Source: an uncultured Eubacteriales bacterium (lineage in GTDB: Bacteria; Bacillota; Clostridia; Oscillospirales; Acutalibacteraceae). From it: a DNA stretch of 64,000 nucleotides. Where the stretch lies: NCBI GenBank assembly GCA_934667845.1, contig CAKUMQ010000009.1, forward strand, positions 1,369 through 65,368. The letters run 5' to 3'. Positions 9,001 through 17,016 of the stretch are shown piece after piece (positions within the stretch are counted from its first letter, which is position 1; the number at the start of each line of letters is the position of its first letter). The notes under the pieces are model-generated. The model saw only the letters and a list, made by a program, of their open reading frames with translations, was not told the origin of the DNA and did no database searches. Both the position numbers and the translations under genes were made by a program.

Positions 9001-9136
9001 AAAAGAGGTGGATATCACCGAGCGCGACGCGATCGGGCGGCCGCTGACGGCGGCGGGGAATACCGTGTCGGGCGAGCTTGCGCCGTATGAGATCCGCACG
9101 CTGCACCTCACCTTCGCCGGACAGGCGGAGAAATAA
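6098..9136 (+). CDS. Glycoside hydrolase family 38 alpha-mannosidase
   Basis: 1012 aa. HLVAHSHIDIDWQWDRED is the GH38 metal-site signature. The later segments DTFGHPRTLPQFL and FQFHDTICGCS are typical of the GH38 core. The RBS is AAGGAGAGG. Confidence 0.9.
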   Translation: MTAEELLKARAEALGSAVQSRSDNGNWSYVLNRGETPEEAAFAPVTGTFFPAVEGDVLWLRTAYTVPERAEDLPIAGERIYLTSNVFICAGTVWIDGEKVFDVPYWMDITRPDVTVAEKAEPGRTHTVCIRLTLPRLFTGDGFHYLAHIGCQAADDLAFSVAAFSEELRYAASLPGTQETLDGIRRELCTRIADCPASGLSALLASLRARFEPFRAAAKAHTVHLVAHSHIDIDWQWDREDTYNVARGNFATMTAIMDENPDFRFSQSQPALYHFVEERWPELFAKMQEATARGSWDCSNAARWVESDLNMVDGESLAHGLLYGKRYIREKFGKEPCVCHEPDTFGHPRTLPQFLRKAGVSYFFHMRGEASHIVHWFRAPDGSTLLAVADQHKGVLEIPRLINNALRYERECRLHDSLYMFGVGDHGGGPSRQDIARLARLNESPMMPCLQFSTLEDFFDAVHEQAASADIATLDGELGPVFEGCYTSHADMKDAHRRLENRLLQADAVNFLRVQAGLPADTAAVEALWKLLLEFQFHDTICGCSVHATYERDVPLAEEACAALDAYIDKALRELSGANGDPDRVAVWNLCPFERDEPVRLDRADVHPADADGKPLPCQLIDGGVWFIAEKLPPLSKREYRLLPGAPEAEPLPGTWDCAVETAAFSFRLHPQYGIIERMTDKRGGQKPVFERDFTAEARSGYTYNYDNGVLHLDYELPHPRSAWIIGPVARRETLLEAKPRLIARGAVADVVEVTRKGGHSTFVQRMWFYKSLPRVDFFTDADWQEQGTPDSAAPMLLFSLHPELTGQIRARFSVPGGVHEKAPDGLAHACLSWADVSDENYGFTLCNDNKYGCTVSGATLSMHCLRSSYQPDKIADIGSHRFAFALYPHAGDCRPDKAARQGRAFNSPVRLTPAGDAVPSGLCLHADGAVIGGVKPGEDGGAVVRLYDVCGRGGRFLLTLAAPVKAAKEVDITERDAIGRPLTAAGNTVSGELAPYEIRTLHLTFAGQAEK

Positions 9137-9155
9137 CGTCCCACGGATGAAAAAC

Positions 9156-9197
9156 GGCGGGCGGCACACACTTTTGTGTACCGCCCGCCTGCTTTTT
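9156..9197. terminator. Bidirectional terminator between the convergent GH38 and GH55-like genes
   Basis: A 15-bp stem with one mismatch, GGCGGGCGGCACACA-cttt-TGTGTACCGCCCGCC, is flanked by AAAAA and TTTTT. Confidence 0.8.
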
Positions 9198-9211
9198 GGG
9201 GGGGAATGGGA

Positions 9212-11548
9212 TCAGAAAGTGATGTTTTTCTGGTTGACCGGCACGGTGATCTCCTGGGACGAAATGTTGTAGATGCCGCCGGTCACGCCGCTGCTTTTGA
9301 CGATTTTCGACTCCTTGAGGTAGTTGTTGACCACAGTCAGCGAGCCGCCGGTGACATAATACTGATAATCCTTATTATAGCTCGAATACATGTTCACGGC
9401 GGTGATCTTGCTGTTGTTGCTCTCGAGCAGCGCATAGCCGCGGTAGACAAAGTTATTGCGCATGAACACGCCGGAGCTGCCGGTGACCTTCAAAAACGTC
9501 AGGTTGTTGCGGGTAAAGACGAGGGTATTTTTGCGCACATCGGTCTCCCACTCAGCGATATGCTCCTCAAAGCCGTAGCTGCCGCCCGCCTGCTGTCCGC
9601 CGTTGGCGAGGCAGGCGTCAATGATGCCGTTGTCGCTGTTTTTGATGTGGACGCCGTTTTTGTGGAACGCACCGGTCAGACGGCGTACCACGAAGCTGTC
9701 AGCGCCGCTCATCTCCACGCCGTTCCAGCAGCCGAACATGCCGACGTTGACGACGTAGCAGCCCGAAGCCTTGCCGCGGATGGCGTAGGCGTAGGCCTTC
9801 GGGCTCTTGCCCGACTTCATCATGCCGTTCTTCGGGTAATAAATTTTAAAGCCCATCGCACCGGCGTTTTTGCCGTTTAAGGTGATGAACGCGGTGTCGG
9901 TGTCGGATTTGCCCTCGCCGTAGGTGCAGAACAGCGCCACGCCGGCATAGGGGGTGTTTTCCAGACCGGAGACATAGTTGCCCGTGCCGATCAGACGGGT
10001 GTTGGCGGGGACCGTCAGCGGGCGGCTGATCAGATAGGCGCCGCCGGGGATGTAGACATAGCCGCCGCCGTTTTTGGACGCCGCCGCAAGCGCCTTTTCA
10101 AAGGCGGCGGTGTCATCGGTGGAAAAGTCGTCATCCGCGCCGTAATCGGTGACGACAAACAGGCTTTTCTTCGTCGGCTGCGCCGGAGCGACGGAGGATT
10201 CCTTCACCGTGACCGAGGCGGTCGATTTTTCGATCATGCCCGCTTCCTTGCCCTTGACGGTGCAGTTGAACAGCTTCGCGGTGTAGGAGCTGGTGTTGAC
10301 GATGCCGATGTTCGAGCCCTCGAGCGTGCACTCGGCGAACAGCGCGCCCATATCGGTGTACAGATAGGGCAGCTCGACGGCGGTCTCGGCGTTTTTGACC
10401 GTCACGCGGTAAAGCTCGGGATAGGACTCAGCGTCGTCGCTGCGGGTGGTCGCGGCGGTGGCGATGCCGGTCGCAAAGCCGTCAAACGTGCAGTCGGAGA
10501 TCATGACGTCCTCGCAGCCGGAGATCATAAAGCCGGTCGAGCCCTTCATCGCGGAGCGGATGGCGGACTCGGAGGGCGCATGGTACTTGCTGCCCGCGGA
10601 CGCCCAGAATGACGGGGCAAAATGTACGTTTTCGACCACGTCCACCTCGGCGCCGTAATAATAGGCGAGGCCGGTGTGCAGCACGGTGCCGCGCACGTGG
10701 GAGACGGTGGCGAGACCGTGGGCATGACCGCCGGTCACGCCCACGCCGATGCCCTTGTAGCTGTTGAGCAGCGTCACGTCCGAGACGGTGAAGCCGCCGC
10801 CGTTATTGGCGAGGATGGTGTAATCCGCCTTGACCGGGGAGGAGGCGGACTGCTTCGGATAATACACGGTCAGCCCGTTTAAGCCCGCGGCGCTGCCGTC
10901 GAGGTCAAACACCGCCTTGGTCGTCTCGGCGGAGATCACGGTGCCGGATACGCCCTTGGCGCTGCCGCTGTAATCGCCCTTGAGCGTGACCTGCCCCTTG
11001 ACGGTCACGGTGCCGGTCACCTTATATGTACCCGCGGGCAGATACACAATGCCGCCGCCATAGGTGGTCTGGCATTTGTTGATGGCGTTCTGGATCGCCT
11101 CGGTGGCGTCCTTTTTGCCGGTCTTGTCGGCGGAAAAAGGCGCCTGTGTGGCGTCGACCGTCACCACAAAAACGTCCTTGCTGTTCAGCGAATTGGTCAC
11201 CAGACGGGGCTTTTGCTTCCCGCCGGATGAAGCGGTCGTGGTATTCGTGGCGCTCGTCTCCTTTGAGGACTTTTTGGTCGTCTGCGGCTTGTTCTGGCTG
11301 CCGGAGGAAGCGTCCGGCTTCTGCGCGGCGGTCGTGCCGTCCGGAGTCGCGGCAGCGCTGTCCTCGGCGGACGGATCTGCCGATTCGGGCGCGGACGGCT
11401 CCGCGTCGGAGGCGTCGGACGCGGCGGTGCTTTCCGGCTCGCCCGACGTGTCGGCGGGCGTTTCCGTACATCCCGCAAACAGCAGACCGCACAGCAGCGC
11501 GGAGAGGAGCAGAGCCGTCAGACGGCGCGCAAAGCGGGGGATAGTCAT
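9212..11548 (-). CDS. Lipoprotein with two pectate-lyase-superfamily beta-helix domains (GH55-like, putative beta-1,3-glucanase-type enzyme)
   Basis: It has two copies of the beta-helix N-cap signature: KDATEAIQNAINKCQTTYGGGIVYLPAGTYKV and DDTAAFEKALAAASKNGGGYVYIPGGAYLI. The lipobox is LLFAGC. I moved the start to ATG 11548 (AGGTGG RBS) instead of the ORF-track start at 11707. Confidence 0.75.
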   Translation of the reverse strand: MTIPRFARRLTALLLSALLCGLLFAGCTETPADTSGEPESTAASDASDAEPSAPESADPSAEDSAAATPDGTTAAQKPDASSGSQNKPQTTKKSSKETSATNTTTASSGGKQKPRLVTNSLNSKDVFVVTVDATQAPFSADKTGKKDATEAIQNAINKCQTTYGGGIVYLPAGTYKVTGTVTVKGQVTLKGDYSGSAKGVSGTVISAETTKAVFDLDGSAAGLNGLTVYYPKQSASSPVKADYTILANNGGGFTVSDVTLLNSYKGIGVGVTGGHAHGLATVSHVRGTVLHTGLAYYYGAEVDVVENVHFAPSFWASAGSKYHAPSESAIRSAMKGSTGFMISGCEDVMISDCTFDGFATGIATAATTRSDDAESYPELYRVTVKNAETAVELPYLYTDMGALFAECTLEGSNIGIVNTSSYTAKLFNCTVKGKEAGMIEKSTASVTVKESSVAPAQPTKKSLFVVTDYGADDDFSTDDTAAFEKALAAASKNGGGYVYIPGGAYLISRPLTVPANTRLIGTGNYVSGLENTPYAGVALFCTYGEGKSDTDTAFITLNGKNAGAMGFKIYYPKNGMMKSGKSPKAYAYAIRGKASGCYVVNVGMFGCWNGVEMSGADSFVVRRLTGAFHKNGVHIKNSDNGIIDACLANGGQQAGGSYGFEEHIAEWETDVRKNTLVFTRNNLTFLKVTGSSGVFMRNNFVYRGYALLESNNSKITAVNMYSSYNKDYQYYVTGGSLTVVNNYLKESKIVKSSGVTGGIYNISSQEITVPVNQKNITF

Positions 11549-11608
11549 AGCGGTATTCCACCTTTCTGAAATGTAAGACAAATCGGTATCGCGGTTTGAT
11601 CTGTGTTC

Positions 11609-11637
11609 AGTATACCACGCGGCGAAAAAAAGTGCAA
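11609..11637 (-). promoter_or_regulatory. Sigma-A promoter for the GH55-like gene
   Basis: The minus strand reads TTGCAC (11637-11632), 17 nt spacer, TATACT (11614-11609), with a TGg extended -10. Confidence 0.5.
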
Positions 11638-11850
11638 GAGGGAATTTGTATTTTCGATAAATGTGGGAAAAGTGTCCATTTTTTGAACGGAACGGGCGAA
11701 AAAGCAAGATCTGCTATAATAGGAAGAATAGGGAAGCGCGCACGGCGGGGCAAAAAACATTTGACAGCCCATTCGGGCGGTTTTTCGGGCGGCGGCGGGT
11801 TAAATTCCGGTAAAATTCAGCGAAAATGCGGATAAAGGCAAAAAAATCCC

Positions 11851-11879
11851 TTGACAACGGAATTGTTTTGGCGTATTAT
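11851..11879 (+). promoter_or_regulatory. Sigma-A promoter for the giant surface-protein gene
   Basis: TTGACA (11851-11856), 17 nt spacer, TATTAT (11874-11879). Confidence 0.55.
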
Positions 11880-11979
11880 ATAAATACGCGGACGGCTTTG
11901 TAATACAAACGCGTTTTACACTGCCGCCGGACAAAACGGAAGTAGGCAGACCCTATATACATAAGGAGGTTATGCAAAC

Positions 11980-14900
11980 ATGAAACTTGCGCGAAACAAA
12001 CGGATCCTGGCGGGCTTCGCTGCGCTGGCGATCCTGGCCGGCGTTCTGTGCGCCAACCTGGTGATCGTGCGCGCGAACGCCGAGTCGGCGCGGACGACGC
12101 GGACACCCGAGGACATCGTCCTTGTCGATCTCAACGCCGAAAAGGATCTGAAAAATGATTCTATCATCGCCATGGGCGGTGCGACCACGTCCGTTGAAAA
12201 GGTAGACGCGGACGAGGCGACCGGCTTCCCGGGCGGCACGGCCTATGTGGCGGCGTGGAAGAGCGGCCGTCTTGTCGGTATACAGAGAAATGCCGGCAGC
12301 TACGCCAAGGATTTCGGCGTGCTGAAGGGCAGCTATGTGCTCGACGCGTGGGTGTACGTCAGCGACGTCACCAAGCTGTCCCGCGTCCGCATCGATGTGT
12401 GCCAGGGAAACTTGGCGGATACCAGAGGGTATATCTTCCAAAAAGGCAAGACGGAGGATATCGACCTGCTGACCGAGGGCGTGCAGACAATACATAACGG
12501 CTGGAACCACTTTGTGGCGCCGCTGACCGAGGCTGATATGAAGTGTTCGGCGGACTACCCGACACAGATCAACTCCTACCGTGTGTTTGACAACGGCGAT
12601 TCCGGCGCAACGCTGAAGATTGCCTCCCTTGTGCTGCGCGGCGTGGAGTCGGATGTGTTCGACGGCGGCTTTACTGCGGCGGACGAGAAAAAAGTGAGCG
12701 ATATGGATACCACGCTCGGCAACCATATCAGCGTCAAGGATATCGCCACGCTGAAAGAGGGCACGGCGGTCGAGGGACAGCCCACCTCCGGCACGGCATA
12801 TGTTGTGGATTACAAATCGAGCAAACCTGTGACCATGCATTTGCCCGGCATTGGGTTTGAAAATCTCGGCATTGAGGTGGCTGCCGCCGGAAAAATGACG
12901 GTGGATGCGTGGATTTATGTCCCGGTAAACAACAATCTCAGTCATCTTGTTTTCCGCGCATTCAAGAGTGATACGCTGCAGCAAAACAATTCTAACGTGA
13001 CTTCAATTGTGGAGAATGCTAACGGCGCTGTGGTGGGAACTTTTGAGGTGGAGAATACCTATAACAGCAAGAGCGGATGGCAGCACATTGTCCGGGAGGT
13101 CAATGTTCCTGCCGGAAAGATCGGCAGTCTCAGTTTTCATAATCACAAGAAAAACACGCCTATGGTTTCTTTTGCCATCGGCTCCCTGAAGCTGACGGTG
13201 GACGGCAAGGACTATGATGTCGTCACCCCCGACGACGCTAAGGATGTCTCCAAGGTGCGCAACATCAACGAGGAATACAAGGTCGTCGACACCGCGTTGC
13301 TGACCGGCGGCACCGCCGGTGTCCCCTCCGGCACGGCGTATTATGTCGATAATTATTCAAACGCCTTCTGGGGCCTGCCGCTCGAGGGTAAGCTCAACAT
13401 CGACATCTCCAACATGGCGACCTCGTCTAATAAGTCGGGCAAGCTGTACTATAAGCTCGACACATGGATTTGGATGAAAGATGCAGCGACCGCTAAAGCG
13501 GGCAACTTCGTGCTGCGCCTGTTCCCGAACGAATTCTCCAATGATGTCGCAAATAAGTCATATATTGAGCGCTGGATATTCAATTACGGTGTCGGCGGCG
13601 ATGCCGACCTCGATGAGGATACTCCCGGTAATCAGACACTGCAAAACGGCTGGAACCATGTGGTGGCGTATGTGGATGATCTTGGCGGTTCGGTCAAGGC
13701 TACCGGTGCTACAAAGCTTGATACGGTGTTGCTCTACACACATAATGCTGATGGTGCATCCAGTAATGGAGGAGCGACCAACCGCACCAGCTATGCCCTT
13801 GCCTCCCTGCAGATTCTCCCCGTGACCGAGGTCAACGACGTGATCGCGATGATCAACGCGCTGCCCGCGACGGTGACGTATGCCGACAAAGCGGCGGTCG
13901 AGGCGGCTCGCGCGGCGCTGGATGCGCTGGATGCCACCAATCAGAAGCGCGTGACCGATTCGGTCGGCACCCGTCTGACCGCTGCGGAGGAAGCTATCGC
14001 CGCCTGCAAGGCGAAGATCACGGCGGTAGAGGAGAAGATCGACGCGATCGGCGACAACGTGACGCTTGATTCTGCGGCGGCGATCAAAGAGGCAGAGGAT
14101 GCCTACAACGCGCTGACCGCTGCCGAAAAGGCGGATGTGTCCAATGCGGCCAAGCTGACCGCCGCCCGTGCGGCATATGATAAGCTCGTCAAGGATAACG
14201 CGACGGCGGATAAGGTCATTGCGGCGATCAACGAGATCGGCGAGGTGACGCTCGAGAGCGAGAGCAAGATCGTCGCGGCAGAGGCGCTGTATGCCGAGCT
14301 GTCCGACGACCAGAAAACGCTCGTGACCAACTACGAGACGCTGACCGCTGCCCGCGCGAAATATGACGCGCTGAAAGCGGATAAGGACGCCGAGGACGCG
14401 TTCAACGCCAAGGTGGACGCCATCGGTGACGTGACGCTCGACTCCAAGGCGGCGATCGAGGAAGCCGAGACGGCGTATGCGGCGCTGACCGATACGCAGA
14501 AGGCGGCAGTTGCCGACGCGAAAGCGAAGCTGGATGCCGCCCGTGCAAAATATGACGCCATGGCAGCGCTGGAGGCGAAAGCCAAGCCGGTGCGCGAGGC
14601 GATTGACGCGATCGGCGACGTGACGCTGGATTCCAAGGACAAGATCGAGGCTGCCGAGGCGGCGTATAACGAGCTGACCGAGGAAGAAAAAGCCTATGTG
14701 ACCAACTATAACACGCTGAAGACTGCGCGCGATACCTATAACGACCTGCTGGAATCGGATAAGTATCCGCTGTCCTCCCCGAACTTCGGCTTTGACGTGA
14801 TCAACAGCCGCTACACCTATGAGGTAAAACGCGGCGCGAACTTTGTGAATGAGATCAAGCCGGAGCTGGGCACAGGCCATGACGGCTCCGAAAACGGCGC

Positions 14901-16998
14901 GACGTACCTGCGCGGCATGAAGGCGGGCGACGCCGCCCGTATCCTGACTGCAGGCGGCACCGTGAAATTTGCGGCGCAGATGGATTCCGTCGTGAAATTC
15001 TGGGTGTATGTCAGTAATATCAGCGTGATCAATACCGTTCGCTTTGAGCTGTCCGATACGCAGGACGCGAATGAAAAAGAATGGGAGATCACCAAACAGA
15101 TCACGCAGAACGGCTGGAATGAGATCACGGTCGACTTCTCCGGCGGCACCGGAAAGCTCGATCTCAATGATATCCGTTTCTGGCGCTGCTTCATCCTGAC
15201 CAAGTCGGGCGAGGGCACCTATGACTTCGGTCTGGATGAGCTGTCCGTGACCAATACCTCCAAGCCCGCCGAGAAAGAGCCGACCGATTTCGACAAGATC
15301 GCCGATCAGTACAACAAGGTGACCTCCGGCTTTAATTACACGGCGGATGCGCTGATGGACGGCTGGAAATATGACGGCGGTCCCAAGGTGGATACCGACG
15401 AGAAGAAAGAGGGCACCGGCAGCCTGCGCTTTGATACCAAGAACAGCAATGTGCTCGGTATCATCCAGAGCCAGAACCTCAATGTGGACATGACGAGCAT
15501 CTGGGACGATGGCTATGTCGGCTTCTGGCTGTATGTCAACGACCGCGACGCGATCAAGCAGATCATGATGGAGATCAGCTCCAACAATGCGATCGACAAG
15601 AACGAATATCAGATCGAGCTGACGAAGCAGATCACGGACAACGGATGGAACTATGTGGTGTTCAAGCTGTCCGACATGCGCGATCAGCAGCTCGGCGAGA
15701 TAGACAAGGCGAACATCCTGCGCTGGCGCCTGTTCGTGCTCGGCAACAAGACCGGCAAGGACATTACGCTGCGGCTCGACGACATCAGCCTGCTGACCAA
15801 AAAGGTCGGCGGCGACGAGGTCTCCGGCTTCGGCTATGACGCCGACGCGATCGATACCGGCAAGTACGATTACGCCGGAACGGCGAAGACCGACACCGAT
15901 GCGAAGCAGGGCAGCGGCTCCGTCCGCTTTGACCTCAAGGATGAGGGCGGCCTGCTCGGCATGATCCGTACAAAGACCAAGCTGAACTTCAAGGTGGAGA
16001 ATCCCGATGCGACCGCCGTGCAGCTCTGGGTGTATGTCAGCGACGCGTCCGCGGTGAAAAACGCCGTGTTTGAGCTGGCTTCTAAGAGCCAGGATTATGA
16101 CGAGATGCAGTGGGAGTTCCGCGGCAGCCTGTCCGACGGCTGGAACCAGGTCACGCTGATGCTGAAAAACGGCTCGCGTCCCAAGACCAACCCCAACGGC
16201 ACGGAAAACGCGTTTACGACTGATTCCATCAACTTCTGGCGCGTCTATCTGCTCGGCAACAACACGGGCGAGACCGTGACGGTCAGGATCGACGACGTGA
16301 AGATGATCGTCATTGACGACGAGAACAACAAGGATCCCGAGAAGCAGTTTAACGATGACTGCGACGAGATCAACGACACGAAGTACCAGTACATTCCCAC
16401 CCCGACGATCGGGGAGGGCAACGGCGGCGGCAAGGCGTATGCGTTCACGCTTGCGAACACCTCCGATGCCGACAGCCGTATGCGCTGGGTCAACAAGACC
16501 GGTCAGCTCAACTTTGCGATCGACGACTGGAAGAACAGCTATGTCACCTTTGACATTTATCTGAGCGATCCGTCGCTGGTGAAGCAGCTCGCATTTGAGC
16601 TGTCCTCCATTGCGGTGGATGCGTCCGACGAGCTGCAGTACAATGTGGAAACGGGCACGCTCACCGAGGGCTGGAACACCGTTCTGGTGCCGCTGCTCGC
16701 CATGGATCCCGGCTCGCTGGATCTTGAGCATCTGCGTTCGTCCCGCATCTTCCTGCTTGCCGACAAGAGCGGCGAGGAGCTGACGGTGCGCCTCGACAAC
16801 ATCCGCCTGCACAACCGCAACGAGCAGGACGAGAGCGACGAGTCCTCCGACGATTCCGACAACAGCAATGTGAACCCCGACACCAGCGACAAAAACAACC
16901 CGAACACCGGTGCGGCTTCCGCGGTTCTGCCGGCGGCTCTGCTGCTCGGTGCGGCGGCTGTGACTGTCGTCACCCTGCGCCGTCGTCGCGGCAATTGA
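11980..16998 (+). CDS. Giant cell-wall-anchored multi-module surface protein (7 CBM-like beta-sandwich modules, 5 helical repeats, C-terminal sorting signal)
   Basis: 1672 aa. There is an N-terminal signal/TM (ILAGFAALAILAGVLCA). Seven modules recur, each containing W[IV]YV...NGWN-type motifs: NGWNHFVAPL, SGWQHIVREV, NGWNHVVAYV, NGWNEITVDF, NGWNYVVFKL, DGWNQVTLML, EGWNTVLVPL. An acidic D/S/E/N linker follows. The C-terminus has NPNTG, a hydrophobic stretch, then RRRRGN. Confidence 0.9.
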   Translation: MKLARNKRILAGFAALAILAGVLCANLVIVRANAESARTTRTPEDIVLVDLNAEKDLKNDSIIAMGGATTSVEKVDADEATGFPGGTAYVAAWKSGRLVGIQRNAGSYAKDFGVLKGSYVLDAWVYVSDVTKLSRVRIDVCQGNLADTRGYIFQKGKTEDIDLLTEGVQTIHNGWNHFVAPLTEADMKCSADYPTQINSYRVFDNGDSGATLKIASLVLRGVESDVFDGGFTAADEKKVSDMDTTLGNHISVKDIATLKEGTAVEGQPTSGTAYVVDYKSSKPVTMHLPGIGFENLGIEVAAAGKMTVDAWIYVPVNNNLSHLVFRAFKSDTLQQNNSNVTSIVENANGAVVGTFEVENTYNSKSGWQHIVREVNVPAGKIGSLSFHNHKKNTPMVSFAIGSLKLTVDGKDYDVVTPDDAKDVSKVRNINEEYKVVDTALLTGGTAGVPSGTAYYVDNYSNAFWGLPLEGKLNIDISNMATSSNKSGKLYYKLDTWIWMKDAATAKAGNFVLRLFPNEFSNDVANKSYIERWIFNYGVGGDADLDEDTPGNQTLQNGWNHVVAYVDDLGGSVKATGATKLDTVLLYTHNADGASSNGGATNRTSYALASLQILPVTEVNDVIAMINALPATVTYADKAAVEAARAALDALDATNQKRVTDSVGTRLTAAEEAIAACKAKITAVEEKIDAIGDNVTLDSAAAIKEAEDAYNALTAAEKADVSNAAKLTAARAAYDKLVKDNATADKVIAAINEIGEVTLESESKIVAAEALYAELSDDQKTLVTNYETLTAARAKYDALKADKDAEDAFNAKVDAIGDVTLDSKAAIEEAETAYAALTDTQKAAVADAKAKLDAARAKYDAMAALEAKAKPVREAIDAIGDVTLDSKDKIEAAEAAYNELTEEEKAYVTNYNTLKTARDTYNDLLESDKYPLSSPNFGFDVINSRYTYEVKRGANFVNEIKPELGTGHDGSENGATYLRGMKAGDAARILTAGGTVKFAAQMDSVVKFWVYVSNISVINTVRFELSDTQDANEKEWEITKQITQNGWNEITVDFSGGTGKLDLNDIRFWRCFILTKSGEGTYDFGLDELSVTNTSKPAEKEPTDFDKIADQYNKVTSGFNYTADALMDGWKYDGGPKVDTDEKKEGTGSLRFDTKNSNVLGIIQSQNLNVDMTSIWDDGYVGFWLYVNDRDAIKQIMMEISSNNAIDKNEYQIELTKQITDNGWNYVVFKLSDMRDQQLGEIDKANILRWRLFVLGNKTGKDITLRLDDISLLTKKVGGDEVSGFGYDADAIDTGKYDYAGTAKTDTDAKQGSGSVRFDLKDEGGLLGMIRTKTKLNFKVENPDATAVQLWVYVSDASAVKNAVFELASKSQDYDEMQWEFRGSLSDGWNQVTLMLKNGSRPKTNPNGTENAFTTDSINFWRVYLLGNNTGETVTVRIDDVKMIVIDDENNKDPEKQFNDDCDEINDTKYQYIPTPTIGEGNGGGKAYAFTLANTSDADSRMRWVNKTGQLNFAIDDWKNSYVTFDIYLSDPSLVKQLAFELSSIAVDASDELQYNVETGTLTEGWNTVLVPLLAMDPGSLDLEHLRSSRIFLLADKSGEELTVRLDNIRLHNRNEQDESDESSDDSDNSNVNPDTSDKNNPNTGAASAVLPAALLLGAAAVTVVTLRRRRGN
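13831..14763 (+). repeat. Five tandem 186-189 bp (62-63 aa) coding repeats inside the giant surface protein
   Basis: Units start near 13849, 14038, 14224, 14413 and 14602. The consensus is I(D/N)AIGDVTLDS...I..AE.AY..L.....A.V.N...L..AR..YD. The repeats are also recognisable at the DNA level (gacgc.atcgg.gac...gtgacgct.ga.tc). Confidence 0.85.
16897..16995 (+). other. C-terminal cell-wall sorting signal with non-canonical NPNTG motif
   Basis: The codons aac ccg aac acc ggt (16897-16911) are followed by AASAVLPAALLLGAAAVTVVTL and a basic tail, RRRRGN. This is the tripartite layout of sortase substrates. Confidence 0.6.
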
Positions 16999-17016
16999 GA
17001 AAGGATCAGACTGATT

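Noticed and set aside
13831-14763. Regularly spaced ~190-bp repeats that could be mistaken for a CRISPR-like or satellite array.
   Set aside because: The repeats are in frame inside a long ORF and diverge mostly at synonymous or conservative positions. They have no short spacers, so they are protein-coding domain repeats.
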